Part shown: one piece after another, positions 13,762-30,475 of the stretch
Position numbering within the stretch: position 1 is the first letter of the stretch
How the letters are laid out: every line of letters begins with the position of its first letter
Assembly (NCBI GenBank): GCA_951406725.2
Contig: OX597833.1
Span: 35,030,001 to 35,094,000 of the forward strand
DNA length: 64,000 nucleotides
Source of the DNA: Octopus vulgaris
Taxonomy: Eukaryota
Direction: 5' to 3'
Notes under the pieces: model-generated
The model's database searches: none
Told to the model about the DNA's origin: nothing
Seen by the model: only the letters and a program-made list of their open reading frames with translations
Made by a program: the position numbers and the translations under genes

Positions 13762-13955
13762 CGTTTTTGGATTTGGTTTGCAAGATTCTTTATATGAGTT
13801 CGTGTGTTGAAGCATACTCTGTTGTGTCTGGGGAGAGTCATTCTCTTTTAGTGCCTTATTATTTAACACACTCACCGGTAAAATTTCCACTTATTTTCTT
13901 ATTTTTTATTTTCTAAAATTTTCGTTGCGTCTTGCAACCTTTTCAATAGTCTTGA

Positions 13956-13960
<5 letters not shown>
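13758..13960. mobile_element. PLE-terminus-like repeat family H3 within (TA)n
   Basis: Homologous to 7395-7552; flanked by (TA)n on both sides; carries a hammerhead motif on the minus strand. Confidence 0.7.
13913..13949 (-). ncRNA. Minimal hammerhead, U3-A8 variant
   Basis: Minus strand CUA-UUGAAAA-g-GUUGC(aagac)GCAAC-GAA-AAUU-U-UAG; palindromic stem III. Confidence 0.6.
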
Positions 13961-14008
<48 letters not shown>

Positions 14009-14902
14009 ATATAATTTATATGTATATATCTGTCTATCTATACATTGATACACACACACACACACACACAAATGCACACACACACATATGAGAATATAAT
14101 TTACATGTCAGTGTAACCTTAGACACCAGCCTTTTTTTTTTTAATGTCTATCAAACAGCAGGCAACGGGTTAGTTACGAGACGAGATTTTACAGGTGTTT
14201 ATATGATTGAAGAGAATACTTGGTGGGCTGAATATAGAGGGTTGAATGCCAAATATATATATATATATATATATGGGAGAGAAGAAAGAAATGAGAGGCG
14301 AATATTTAAAGTTGTATATCAACATCAACTGAAAAATCACTCCACCCATAATTCTAACAATGCATTGCTATCGCCATAGACCAAAAGTTACTTATACAAG
14401 TGAACAGAGCAAAGTGATTTGCTCTTAGCAAATTGCCAAATAAAGATACTAAGTGGGTTGTAACCCGGTTCTCCTCTCACTCCTACTCTTATGTGTGTCT
14501 GGCAATGTGACTTTCAGACACTCCTTCTATTTCTCTCCTCCTTCCTCCGTCTGAAGCTTTTGTTTCTTTCCTACAGCTAAATTCTTATTGCGTCATTCGT
14601 GAATTCCGAAGTGGGCATGTGCAGAGGAATTTCTGAGAATTTTTTCATTTTGTTAAACAAATGAGAAAAAAATTCAGCTATTTTATATTTCGTTTTTTTT
14701 TCTCTGTATTTTATTTTCATTCTCATTAGCTAGTACAGGCATTTTTTTTATTTATTTCACATACACACACGCGCGTGCACGTACACAGATACATACACAC
14801 ACATATTTATGAATGTATATACACACACAAGCACACACGCATATATGGCTGTATGCATATTTGTACGTATGTTATGTATCTAAGTATACACATCCACCCA
14901 CA

Positions 14903-14980
<78 letters not shown>

Positions 14981-15037
14981 TAAATATACATAAATACATA
15001 CATACATATATACATATATACATATATACATATATAC

Positions 15038-15072
<35 letters not shown>

Positions 15073-15122
15073 CACACAGATATATACGAACATAAATTCA
15101 CGCATATATTCACACACCCATA

Positions 15123-15157
<35 letters not shown>

Positions 15158-15289
15158 CTGTCTGTCATTCTGGTTGTCTGTTGTCTGTCTGTCTGTCTAT
15201 CTATCGATCGATCTGTCTAATGATACACATATCTATACGTACGCATAAGAGTATATGCAACTATGTGCGTGTATATATGTACTCATAGG

Positions 15290-15442
<153 letters not shown>

Positions 15443-15443
15443 A

Positions 15444-15657
15444 CTTTATTTAAAGCAGCAGAAAATTCAACAAAACCTGTTACTCTGAGTTTCCCGTTGC
15501 CGTTCATCGGAGAGTTTTTGCTAGCAACGGCAACGGGAAACTCAGAGTAACAGGTTTTGTTGAATTTTCTGCTGCTTTAAATAAAGCATATTACTCTACC
15601 ACTGGTATTTGAGTACTCTTTTTTCCACCTTGTTTCACATTTATGTGTTTACTCCGG
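15444..15657 (+). mobile_element. Hairpin mini-element family H1: perfect 61-bp inverted repeat + 70-bp tail
   Basis: 15444-15504 is the exact reverse complement of 15526-15586, 21-nt loop; AATAAA; flanked by (TA)n. Confidence 0.9.
15472..15518 (-). ncRNA. Hammerhead motif, CCGAUGA core
   Basis: Minus strand AAAACUCU-CCGAUGA-aCG(gcaa)CGg-GAAA-CUC(a)GAG-UA-ACAGGUUUU; stem I imperfect. Confidence 0.6.
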
Positions 15658-15675
15658 TATATATATATGTATATA

Positions 15676-15745
<70 letters not shown>

Positions 15746-16105
15746 AATATGTGTATGTATAGATATATATCAATATACACAGAATAATAAATATATATTA
15801 TGAAGTAATATACTATGATAATAACAATAAAATAAAGGTATGTATTGGGGTATTAATAATTGGCTTGTTAAATCGTTAGAGACTTAAAAAAAAAAAGATT
15901 TCTCTAATCTGTTGTGGCTGTTTACACGTTCAAATCCTAATATGGTCAAATTTATCTTTATCTTCTGGTATTTCAGGTTAAATAAAATAAACTACCATTG
16001 ATCGTACTACTTCCGATCGGATCGATAAACTCACAGCCTAATAAATTAGTGGCGTTGTGTGGCTAAATTAAAAACAATAATGAATATTATTATTATTAAT
16101 ATTAA

Positions 16106-16153
<48 letters not shown>

Positions 16154-16461
16154 GTAGATATATGTAAATATATATGATAATAATTAATATAGGCAGCGAC
16201 GTGCAATGTTTTACTAAAATGGAAAACTGTATTTGTTATTGAATATGACTAAGGGTGTTATAAACTCCTACATTTCTAGAAATAAGAGCTAAAATGCCCT
16301 AACGCTGCAGTCAAAGCACATAATTGTGTGTTATTATGTACTTTGACTCCAACACTAGAGCGTTGTAGCTCTTATTTTTAGCAATGTAGGTGTGTCTAAC
16401 ACCATTAGTCACACAAACATACACACACGCGCACACACACACATATACACACACATAAATG

Positions 16462-16516
<55 letters not shown>

Positions 16517-16767
16517 CTGTGTGTGTGTGTGTGCGTAGGGAAGAGTGAAAATATATTAACGAATATACACGTAAATTTCCACATACGCATATGTATACAT
16601 GTAAATACATAGGTGAATTTAAATGTATATATATATATACATATATGATTTTGATTTTTCCAGTTTCAGCTAATGAGCTGTGGCCATGCTGGGGCCATAT
16701 ATATATATATATATATATACATATATGTATGTATATATACATATATATATGTATATATAAACACATC

Positions 16768-16800
<33 letters not shown>

Positions 16801-16862
16801 ATAGATGTATATAGATGTATATTTCTATTTACGTATGAATATATGTACATATTAATGTATTA

Positions 16863-16905
<43 letters not shown>

Positions 16906-17052
16906 AAGTTATGATGATGCAAAAAAAATAATAGAACTTGAAATATGTCAATATGTATATTTTATCAATATTTATCAGAAGCAACGTAAATGCCAAAGCA
17001 CGAAACTCTTGATTCTTGAGTTACTTTATTCATTGTGCTACATATTATATAC

Positions 17053-17115
<63 letters not shown>

Positions 17116-17504
17116 TGTGTGTGTGTGTGTGGATGCAAATAAGTATATGCATATGCAATTATATACATAGATATATTTGTACGTTCATCTCTGTTTATGT
17201 ACACACATCACACACCTATACAAATATGGCGGGTTTGAAGTAAGGTGTCAGGAAGAGAATAAATCAATAAACAAATGTGAAATCAAGGAACATGAACAAG
17301 TATGAAAGATATTGTTGCACAGGTATACAATGCAAATATTATTAATTACACATTAAGTGAAACTTGGTGCAGCAGCATGGCCGCAGTCGAATGACTGAAA
17401 CAAATAAATGAATAAAAGAATTACATAAATACACAAAAAAGCTTTAGCACACACGCATATAAACATTTATATCTTTGTATGCATATCTGTATGTATATAT
17501 ATAA

Positions 17505-17632
<128 letters not shown>

Positions 17633-17929
17633 ATACACATACATGTATGCATACACACATTAATGTGTGTATAAATATATATATATATATAAACACATAT
17701 ATATGTATGTGTATGTATGTGTATGTATGTATGTATGTATGTATGTATGCTTGTATATATACACATACACAGACAATATAACTCAAATATGTACGTGAAC
17801 ATACATTCCTGCTCATAATATTAAATATATAAACATATTAAACATATAGATATGTTCATTAAACATACGGCGTGCACATATCTATATACTATCACATACA
17901 TATACGTATATAAGAAAATATACTACTCA

Positions 17930-18004
<75 letters not shown>

Positions 18005-18257
18005 ATGTATGTATGTATGTATGTATGCATACACAAATATATATACATATATATACACATATATAAATATACATGCTTATAAATATGAGGATATATGAAT
18101 AGAAGCATGTATATAAATACATATATATATATATAAACACACATATATATGTATATGCATGTGTGTGTGTACATATATATATATATGTGTGTGTGTGTGT
18201 ATATATAAACATATGTATACAGGTGTTTGTGCATGTATGCATATATATATGTAAATA

Positions 18258-18296
<39 letters not shown>

Positions 18297-18424
18297 CTGT
18301 CTGTCTATCTATCTATCTCGCTATAAACATATACATACACACAAATGAAAGCCTATACACTTATCCACATGTACACATAATTATGCATATATCACATTAG
18401 GATATATATATATGTATATATATA

Positions 18425-18496
<72 letters not shown>

Positions 18497-19284
18497 TATA
18501 TAGACACACATATACATATATGTATACATACAAACGCACAGACATACTCACACGCCCAAATTAACATAGGAATTTATTATATGTAGATGTTGGTAGTCTT
18601 ATGTAAATACATGTGATCCTGATGTATGAAATATCTTATATATACAAGACTGTATGCATACATGGTAATACCTACATGTGAGTACATGTGAATTATTACT
18701 TTGATTATATAATAAAATACTGTTTTGGATGTGTATCGTCGCTTACAACCCGGTGGTCGATGTCACTGGAACGGTTGCATCTTTTTGCATGCTGAATAAA
18801 AGAATGTGGTTATATATATATAACGGATTACATACGTGGCAATCATGTGTGTGTACAAATCATATATGATATGACATTGGAGTATAGAAGAATTTTAGAG
18901 AACAAGTGGTTTTCATGATAAACAACCCTAAAGAACGAAATAAATGGCGAAGGACGAGTATATAGAAAACAAACAAACGGGAAGCGCAATGGCGGTACGC
19001 ATAACAATGTTGTTAAGAAATAAAGAATGTATAAACAAAAAGTACGTAGTGTAGATTTTTACAGTATATGCAGGAGTGGGAAGCGTGTATGGTACATGTA
19101 CATTTGTTGATGGGTCGGATAGAAGTAAAAGACGAATGTTAAAGAAATGAAAATGCATGGAAATGAGAAGCGAAAGTGGTATGAAAGGGAAACAAGGTAA
19201 ACTTGCAGTAAAAGATGGAGGTGAAATAGGCTCTGGAAATATTAAAAGAAAGGAAAAAACTATAATGTTATTCAGTGAATATCT

Positions 19285-19465
19285 GTTTCTTTATTACCCA
19301 CAAGGGGCTAAACATAGAGGGGACAAACAAGGACAGACAAACGTATTAAGTCGATTACATCGACCCCAGGAGTAACTGGTACTTAATTTATCGACCCCGA
19401 AAGGATGAAAGGCAAGGTCGACCTCGGCGGAATTTGAACTCAAAACGTAACGGCAGACGAAATGC
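19285..19465 (-). mobile_element. 5'-truncated SINE family B with 17-bp TSD
   Basis: TTATTCAGTGAATATCT at 19268-19284 and 19466-19482. Confidence 0.9.
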
Positions 19466-20199
19466 TTATTCAGTGAATATCTTTGATGATTCTAGAATAA
19501 TGTTTCTTTCGTGGAAACATGAAATTAATCCAGTTCAAATTTGAATTTAACTGGTTCAGAAGCTGTTAAGTTTTTGAATTTTTTGTATATGCAAAGAAGT
19601 GCTTATGGTCATCGATATAAGCACATGGGTTCAAATACTGACCAGTCAATTTTGTAGTTGGAGATACCTTTATCTTTCAAATTTCAAATATATTTCGTTA
19701 GTGTTGTAATGTTTCTTTTATTTTCATGTTTAAACACATGTACGTACTGAGTATATCTGGATTTCAAAGAGATTTCGATAAAGTTTTTATAAAATTGTGT
19801 GCCGCTGATATTTGTTGAAACCTCGGCGCAGTGTTCAACATATTTTGAAGAAATTTATCTTTTTAGAGGACGTGTACGTCTGTGAAGATAACTACATTGA
19901 GGGAAGGAAGAAACTAATGCGTTTCCTGTTTATCTTAGCTAATGAAGAAATTATCAGTACAGTTATAACTTACTTTAAAGTTATGTTTATCAAAATAGAT
20001 TTTGTGACTCATAGCCACTAAGGAACTGTTTAAGGATTAAATTTAGAAAGGATCGGGAGACCTTTGATTTTACATTCAAACTGAGAGGAAGTTTAACCAT
20101 ATAACTTTCCTTCTAGTTTAAAACATTAAAGCCTTATTTATTAATGCATGAACAGAAAAGAGAAAAAATACAGTATTCTTACCCAGCACAAGTGAAAAC

Positions 20200-21600
20200 A
20201 TGCATGCGGAAAATGTTGTCCGTTGTAAGATATATATAACAAAATGCAAACAATACAGGACAGTTAATACAGCCTGAAATAGTGAGCTGGAGGCCAAGAC
20301 AGTGGTTGCTAACACTTGAGAATCTCAAGACTTCGTCATGATCCCGCTATACTCAGAAAACTGGCGACCAAAGTATGAGTCACCAACATGCAACACCACA
20401 GGGATCAGACCAGAGTAATAGTAATAATGGAGGGGCACCAAAATACTTATTATACTCAAGCCTCCTCTCCAGCAGAATAAAACTGGTATGTCGCTGGAAT
20501 TTTGTGTGTTAGTCATACTCAAGGCATCCCAGATCATTTCGTGTTTGAAGAGTTTGTACAAATTGGAATGATAGTGGAAAGAAGGAAGTCAGAATGCTAC
20601 ATATATAGGATATAGACTATCTCGAGGGTATTTCTGCTGTACAGGGGAAGACTAAGGTACCTTGACTGCTACGTACACCCAAACTTCTGAAAGTTAAACA
20701 ACAGAAGTATGGAAGCAAGAAAAAAAGAGACCCAACCAGAACAAAGACTTCTTCAGAAAACACAGGTAGAAGGGGGTTCAGATGCACCGATACTCACCTC
20801 ATCCCCACAATTATCCCCACCACTAACAACAACGTACATAAAAGTAAACTACAGGGGAAACAAAAGCAGCACACTTTCTACACTGTCCGAGCCGTCAGAT
20901 TTGCAAGAGACAAACAGTACAAATGTACCTGGTTGGCATGTTGTAGAAAGGCCTTCAAAAAAGGAAGAGAGGTACGATAGACGAATCCGCAGCTTTGACC
21001 ACCGGAACGCAAAATGTCGATAACGCCGAGTCAAATAACAGTATAAAAAAGAAAATGGCTCGGCCTAAAAGTCAAACTAATCGAAAAACCAAGAACAACA
21101 ATAACCACAAAAACAATCCCTAGAGTTGTAGCAACAAGAACGGCAGCAACAACAGAAACAATAACAACAGCATCAGAAGAGAAAGAAACCTCAGCTAGAA
21201 TATCAACCAGTGGCAAATCAGAACAACGCCAATACAAAGAGCAGAAGCAATATCAATCACAACAGAAAGATACACACCAAAAGCAGCAGAAACAGGTGCT
21301 GAAACTACAGCAGCAATAACAAAAGCTGAAAATACTACAGACTCAGTGACAACATCTCTCACAAGTGAATCTCTCAGCGACACTGTTCACCGAAACGAGG
21401 AGTTGGTAGAATTATGCATGCGCCAATAGAAAGAAATTTTCACCTCTGGTAACAACCTCGATATGATAGCCATATCAACACCTCACAAAAGAGACTCCTT
21501 GTAAGAACCACATCAGGTGTGTACCCCCCACTCCCAAATGACGTCAGGAACTAAATTATTTAAACAAAAGGCTTTTTTTAGGGTCCTTACAAAAGGTAGA
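20200..21600 (+). mobile_element. Possible decayed LINE ORF1-like region with T/A/E/S-rich low-complexity coding relic
   Basis: A/C-skewed triplet-like text (GCAACAACAGAAACAATAACAACAGCA) broken by stops; no firm motif. Confidence 0.3.
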
Positions 21601-21674
21601 GAAAAGGTTTCGTAAACAAGATTAGAATAATGACTATCCTGTTTACTTTCTCGCCAATTTAAATTTATTCTTTC

Positions 21675-21841
21675 GTTTCATTCATTAGACTGCGGCCATG
21701 CTGGGACACCGCCTTGAAGAATTTTAAGTCGAATGAATCGACCCCAGCCTGGTACTTATTCTATCGGGTCACTTTTGCCGAATCGTTAGTTACGGGACAT
21801 AAACATACCAACACCGATTGTCAAACGGTGGTAGAGGACAA

Positions 21842-21874
<33 letters not shown>

Positions 21875-22027
21875 ATAGGTTATTTCAGTTTCCATTCACC
21901 AAATCCACTCACAAGGTTTTGGTCGGCCCGAGACTATAGTAATAGACATATGCCCATGGTGCAACGCAGTGAGACCGAATCTAGAATCATGTGGCTGTGA
22001 AGCAAGTTCCTTATCACGTAGCCACAC
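21675..22027 (-). mobile_element. SINE family A
   Basis: Near full-length reverse copy. Confidence 0.8.
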
Positions 22028-22332
22028 ATATTTGATGTTTATGCATGCATACATTCAGAGAGCAATACCGTGTTGGTACTTTTCCATGAGAAGATTTACT
22101 CTTTGCTCGGTAGAGTGACATGTCCCAAAGTTTTGATTCAGTGAATAGGGATAATTTAATCTTAAGAAATGTAAAACGATTGGGTATGGGTTTTTCTTTT
22201 TTTATTGGCATGTTCATGACACTTTCCAGGGCCTCCGAGACTGGTTGGAGGAAGAAAGTATTCTTAATCTGGAGGCATTACTTAAATGGTTGCTATAGAC
22301 TTCATTCAGTTAAAGGCAACCAAAGGCTAGAT

Positions 22333-22836
22333 CAGGGGTTCTCAACCGGAGTCTATATGACCCTTAGGGTTCATATAAGATCTTGTTGTTATAGTCTATG
22401 TGCAATATGCTGATTATATTTCTACAATATTCAAAATATTTTAGCAATTTTTAAATACAATTGCTAATAATATTTAATTATAAAATACGTTGTAAGGCGG
22501 CGAGCTGGCTGAATCGTTAGCACGCCGGGCGAAATGCTTAGCGGTATTTCATCTGCCGCTACGTTCAGAGTTCAAATTCCGCCGAGGTCGACTTTGCATT
22601 TCATCCTTTCGGGGTCGATAAATTAAGTACCAGTTATGTACTGGGGTCGATATAATCGACTGGCCCCCCCCCAAAAAAAATTTCGGGCCTTGTGCCTAGA
22701 GTAGAAAAGAATAATATTTAATTATAAAAATACCATAGGATGTTTTTTTTATATATAAGGGATGGTTATGAAGGTCCAGTTGTGTAAAATAGGAAACAAA
22801 AGGGCCGATAGGCAAAACAATGTTTGAGAAACACTG
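22333..22836 (+). mobile_element. hAT-type MITE interrupted by SINE B
   Basis: TIR CAGGGGTTCTCAAC/GTTTGAGAAACACTG; 8-bp TSD GGCTAGAT/GGATAGAT. Confidence 0.8.
22490..22709 (+). mobile_element. Full-length SINE family B with ~20-bp TSD
   Basis: AATAATATTTAATTATAAAA at 22466-22485 and 22710-22729; intact A/B boxes. Confidence 0.9.
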
Positions 22837-23772
22837 GGATAGATGATGGCGTTAAGCCGGCCGACCGTCCTAGCAGACCACAACGTATTTTGAATTCAGA
22901 GCGCAAAGAACCACGAGAACGTCCTGCCTGGCTCTCAAACGATTCCACTAGTTCACCGGTCAGGACTGGCTCATTGTTTTCTGATCTCGAAAGAATGAAA
23001 AGCAAAGCTGACGTCTGCAGAATAAATACTGCAAGTATCTCATCTAACACCCTACTGCTTCAAGATCCGGCTGCTCTATCTAGCAGATCAGGAGACTGCG
23101 CATGGACTCCATTATTATCGTTCACCGAAGTAATCAGAAGAGAAGGTGTGTATTCGACGAGTGACTTGTTAATTTGCAAGTGGAAGTTCCATCTAGTTAT
23201 GGCTATGAGCTGACAACAGGAAATTAATCCAGAATATTTTTCTGAAGCCTCTGATGTCCATTCAACGGTTTAAGTGCATAAAATTATAAAACATAGTGCT
23301 TGCATAGATAAACTTTTGGATCATATTAGTTCATGAAGGAAATATATTGTTTAATGCCGCAACTTAACAGGCATTTTTTAATGCGGCGGCGTACGGCAAA
23401 GGTAATATAGTTAGTATTGGTAATGTTTTGTTTAAATAGTTTAGATTAAAAGATTAGAGATAGGCAGAGATAAGAATGTATGTTCCAAACTTAAAACTCA
23501 GCTAGAAGAAAATGATTCTGTAAACGCTCTGTAAAAACTGAAGTAACCCCTCGGTCTCAGGCGTACCTGCAATTAATTCATTCCAAATTTAAAACACATC
23601 TCTGATAATGGATCAGTTTCGTATTCTCTGGAATATGAACTATCAAATTATTCGTATCTGTTTTTGCAACAACGATTTTATGTCTGATTTTAATAGAATC
23701 CTTTACTAGCTGTTTATTAAGAAGTAAATATAAATGGTGGACGCATTGCAAACAAATATGGACTAAAAATAT

Positions 23773-25450
<1,678 letters not shown>

Positions 25451-25861
25451 TATATATAGTCTGCTGTTTCGTGATAGTAAGTTCAACAAAAAATGTACTC
25501 CATTTGGTGATATAAAATATTATTTAATAAACACAATATATATATTTTATGAGCTACTATTAGTTTCATGCGACGAAAAGAGCTCAGACAGTATTTTTTG
25601 ACACATCTGATGTCTTCACACAATCGTCAGGATGAGCCCATCGGTCTGTTTTTAGCATGTTATAGCCATGTGTGCACATTCCTAGGATTGCACGAATACT
25701 CTAGACATTTAAAAAAATACTGCCTGAGCTGTTGTCAAAACATGAAACTATTAGTTGTTCATAAATGTATTTATTGTGTTTATTAAATAATACATACATA
25801 CATAATACATACATATATATATACATATATATGATAAATATATATATATATATATATATAT

Positions 25862-25913
<52 letters not shown>

Positions 25914-26215
25914 ACCGACCAGGCTATCAGCTGTTGCTATACATCGCTGGTCACAATGCGTTTCGCATTGTTTTAGCCTTCAAATGACGCCACCCCGCTG
26001 GCTAAGCGAGCAGGCCAATATATATATATATATATATTATAAGATCCACAAAGAGCAAAACTTATCTGCAGCTCTTAGTGGTTCAAATCGGAGATGCAAT
26101 CTATGCAGGTGTCTTTTTAGAACATTGGTTTAGAAAAGCCAAATCAGATGCCATGGTGAGGCTAAGGTGTAGGTACAGGAGGTGGTCAAACTCTGCATAA
26201 GGAATAGACAACCTC

Positions 26216-26314
<99 letters not shown>

Positions 26315-26446
26315 TAATCAGCCGAAATTGCGAAGATGATCTGGTTCTTGACTGATGACTGAGGGCTTCGAATGTCCCGTCCTGTGGTTCTTGTGTCGTC
26401 TCTTTGGTGTTTCATGTTCTTGTCCATGTCTGTATTTATTTTTTAC

Positions 26447-26502
<56 letters not shown>

Positions 26503-27037
26503 TATGCGTGTGTCTTTGTTTCTTTGTTTGTCCCACCACCACCGGTTGACGACTGGTGTTGGTGTGTTTACGTTTTCGTACCCTAGTGGTTCGGCCTAAA
26601 AGATCAATAGAATAAGTACTAGTTGTTTTTTAAAAAAAGTACTGGGATTGATTCATTCGACCAAAAGTTTTTTCAAGGTGGTGCTGCAGTGTGTCTATAG
26701 TCTATTGATTGAACCAAGTACAAGATTAAAGATTTACGTCAACAAGACAGAGGCAACGATATTGCTCATCTAAGATTGTAGGTTTCACGAGTTTGCAACG
26801 TCGAAATCTACAGTTCCGCTATCCGTGTCTCGCAGGATTCATATGTGATGAACGAGACTGACAACACATTTCTAACTTTTCATATCGTAGCTTATCTTTA
26901 CAGTTAATATTTTATAAGAGTGTTGTACAGAAGACATATTGCATGGTGTATAACCTCCTCACAGACACACATAAGTGAACACGCAGATATATTGTACATA
27001 TTTGTGTGTGTGTATGACGCATATGCATGCGTAAGAA

Positions 27038-27098
<61 letters not shown>

Positions 27099-27152
27099 AT
27101 ATCTGTGTGTGTGTGTATGTGTGTATGTATATATGTATATATGTGTGTGTGT

Positions 27153-27183
<31 letters not shown>

Positions 27184-27191
27184 GCTTACAA

Positions 27192-27825
27192 GCACAGGCG
27201 TGGCTGTGTGGTGAAGGGTTTTTTCCCAACCACATGGTTCCGAGTCAAGTTCCATTTCGTTGCATTTTTGGTAAAGCCTTGTGAGTGGATTTAGTTGACG
27301 GAAACTGAAAAAAGCCCGTCGTATACAGACATGCACACGTATATGCATGTGTGTGTGTGTGTATCTTTATGCTTGTCACCCAAATGCCACTTGACAACCG
27401 GTGCTTGTTTGCTTACATCTCTATAACCTGGCTATTCGGCAAAAAGAGCCTGATAGAATAAGTGACCGGCTTAAAAAAAAAGTACCGAGATCGATTTGTC
27501 GACTAAACTAGTGGTTCTGAGCCGTTGTCCATTTAGCTCTTGGGGTTCCATATAAAGTTTTGTTGGTCAAATTTTTTTGCAATGAATTGGCTATGCTTCT
27601 ACAAAACACGAAATACTTAAGTTTTTTTTAATACAATTCTTAATAATATTTAACAATAAAAATATAATTGGATTTATTTTTAACGGTCAAATGGTTAGGA
27701 AGGTCCATCCTAGTAAAAGATGAATCAAAGGAGTCCATAGATTTAAAAAAATGGTGAGGAACTTTGGACTAAACCCTTCAAAGCAATATTCAGTATGGTT
27801 GCAGTCCAATGACTGAAACAAGTAG
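27192..27825 (+). mobile_element. SINE family A interrupted by MITE
   Basis: Head at 27192; tail resumes at 27767. Confidence 0.75.
27509..27766 (+). mobile_element. hAT-type MITE, same family as 22333
   Basis: Perfect 8-bp TSD GACTAAAC at 27501-27508 and 27767-27774; body similar to the 22333 element. Confidence 0.8.
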
Positions 27826-28102
27826 ATATACGTGTGTGTTTGTGCGTATGCGTTTAAATGTTTTTCTGTACATAAATATAGGATCTTTCAAAAGCGAATG
27901 ACGTTAAGAGAAAGTCTCTAATAGAAACTAAGTTCATATGAGCAACATTGGAACTGAGAATCTTCAAAATTTTTCGGTCATACACTGGAACACAAGCAAC
28001 TGTCTTGACCTGCCCACACCAGTAAAAGTGAGGCTTACAAAACAATGGTAACAAATGAAAAAAAAAAGGTTGCAAACTTTCTTCAAAAGGATTACTGTAG
28101 AC

Positions 28103-28437
28103 TAGAAATTTTCAACCATTTTTTACCCGTGAACTTCTTTCATTGCTAGTTTATTCTGGTGGACACCCATAGCTATTCGATGTTTAAAAACTAGTTTTAT
28201 AGAAGCTTCTTCCAAAATTGCTATTTTGCTTTTTCACACAATAACCTGTAAAATGTTAGAGAAAGAAACCTCGCTGTTTCTTACAGTACATACCAATACA
28301 TAAAACTAAATCAAAATATTTTTCAGGGGGTCTTTAAAATACTAATTTAGATTCCCTATTTACTATTTTGTTATGTGGTTCCACAACATCTTATATGGAC
28401 TCTCAGGGGCCATATGAAACCCGGTTGAGAACCACTG
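28103..28437 (-). mobile_element. hAT-type MITE, related family
   Basis: Ends TAGAAATTTTCAACC ... CCGGTTGAGAACCACTG. Confidence 0.65.
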
Positions 28438-28459
28438 CTGTTGTATATTTATATTTGTT

Positions 28460-28742
28460 TGCTCCTTCTCGAGCCATGCCGGGCTCATAAGGGCCGGTTT
28501 CCCAGTTTCATTGGCATATAGGTTCCCCACCTGGACGGGACGCCGGTTCGTCGCAGGTGAGCTGCTGGAGGAAAGAGTGAGAGAAAGTTGTGGCGAGAGG
28601 GTCAGCAGAAGTTCGCCATTACCTTCTGTAGGAGCCGTGTGGAGCTATGGTGTTTCGCTCATAAACACACACATCGCCCGTCTGAGATTCGAACCCGCGA
28701 TCCCGAGTCCGCTGCTCTAACCACTAGGCGATGTGCCTTCAC
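28460..28742 (-). mobile_element. tRNA-derived SINE family C (V-domain-like)
   Basis: Minus strand GCCTAGTGGTTAGAGC (A box), GGTTCGAATCTC (B box), CTGCGACGAACCGGCGTCCCGTCCAGG. Confidence 0.8.
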
Positions 28743-29264
28743 ATATTTATATTTACATACAAACAAATATATGAATTTGTCTATATGGTGAGGCATCTTT
28801 TCTTTTAAGCATGCATGGAATACACGGTTATGTCCTAACTTTATCTTGCTTATATTGTTTTCTCATATTTATTCATGAATATTTTCTAGTGTGTTTAGAA
28901 TAGTAAAACTCCAAGATCCATCTTGTTATTCCTGCATCTTTACAGACTCATTTTCAGGTTGATTTGATTTTGGCGTGTATTGTTTCCGCTTTTTTTGTAG
29001 GCAGAACCAATGCGATTCTGTAGATATTGCTTCCAGGATTTGAATCTTGATTGTTAGATTTATTCCTCGTCATTTAGATACTAATTATTGTTTGTGACCA
29101 TCGGTTATTTTCAGTGTGTTGATTTTGGCCTTGTACTGTACAATTAATATTGCTTCCCTCGTTACTCATCTATCTTTATGTGGAATTCTGTAAAGAAAAA
29201 AAAATGTATTGCGCACCAACATTTTCTGTCTATCTTTGTCGTGAAGTGTAATGTACACACACGC

Positions 29265-30475
29265 ACTGAGGGTAGGGGTCGTCCAAAGTAATGTAAAAGT
29301 GGAAGCAACTTTTCTTTATTTTCTGCCACAAGTTCAAATTGCAAAGATTGGTTGAATAACTCATTCTCTGCACTGCTTTTTCTCTTTGTTATTTTTCAAC
29401 ACAGTACATAATGACAGTGCAAGCAGAAACAATGTACGGTCATTAAGGTCTCGACCCATGAGGTCTACATGCTGTCTGACATCCATAGAAGGCTACAGAA
29501 CAATGTGCATTGATTGATGAAGTTTGAAGAAGAAGAAAGTAGCGCTGAAGACAAACCACGCCGTAGGAGACCATAAAATGTCAGAGGATAGAGGAATCAT
29601 AATCTGTTAACTTGTTGTACAACTGGACTGTGCTCAAAGTGCATTACAAAAGATTTAGAATACTTTGGGTGTCGATTAGTGTGTACCCAGGAGGTGCCCG
29701 ATAGTTGATAGTAGATCTGAAGGAAAGAAAGGCGGAAATCTACTCTGATTTGCTGGAAAGGTTTGAAGTTAATGAAGTCGATTTTTTTCCCAAACTGGTG
29801 ACAGGGGATGAAACGTGAACGCATTATTATTATACAGATATTAAGATCCAGTTCACTAAATGGCTCCCCCACCTCTTATTCAAGGCCTAAGGACTTCAAG
29901 AACCAATGATTAGCACATAAGGTCATGGCAATTGTTTTGCTTTTTATTTTCTTTGAAACTATACAGGCGTCATTATCCTTGATTTTTCTGCGACTTGGCT
30001 GTTCTATGACGACGATCAGTAGTACACTAAGGCACTCAAAAAGCACAGAGAAGCAATTAAGTGGAAAATGACCAAACAAAAATCTGAAAACGATCTACAT
30101 TCACCATGAAAATGTGTGATCACATACACAGGCGCACACATCAGGAAATCAATAAGCAACCGGTGAATTGGACTGGTCAATGGTCTCCATCTACTGTACA
30201 GTCCGGATTTGGAGTTAAAATCACTTCCACTAGTCTGGTCCAATGAATGACAGCCTTCGGAAACAAAGATTTGACGATACAGACCGCGTGAAAATGGGTG
30301 CGAAGAAGTGGCTACAATAGTGCACGCCTAAATATTTTGAAAAAGGATGGGTGAGATGGGTTGATCGATGGCTCAGATGCGTCACCTGTGAAGGAGACTA
30401 TATTGAAAAGCATCATTTGAACGATCTACAGCAATTAATAAAAAGCTATGGCAGTTTTGGAATTATTTCCAGTAC
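29265..30475 (+). mobile_element. Decayed mariner (DD34D-like) transposon
   Basis: WV..E (29684), VTGDE (29798), HHEN, YSPDL (30195), RWLRCVTCEGDYIEK C-terminus. Confidence 0.8.

Noticed and set aside
14540-14640. Strong splice acceptor TTTCTTTCCTACAG (possible exon)
   Set aside because: No convincing donor or recognisable coding frame; needs RNA-seq.
28670-28742. tRNA gene
   Set aside because: A/B boxes present but no cloverleaf; continues into SINE body.
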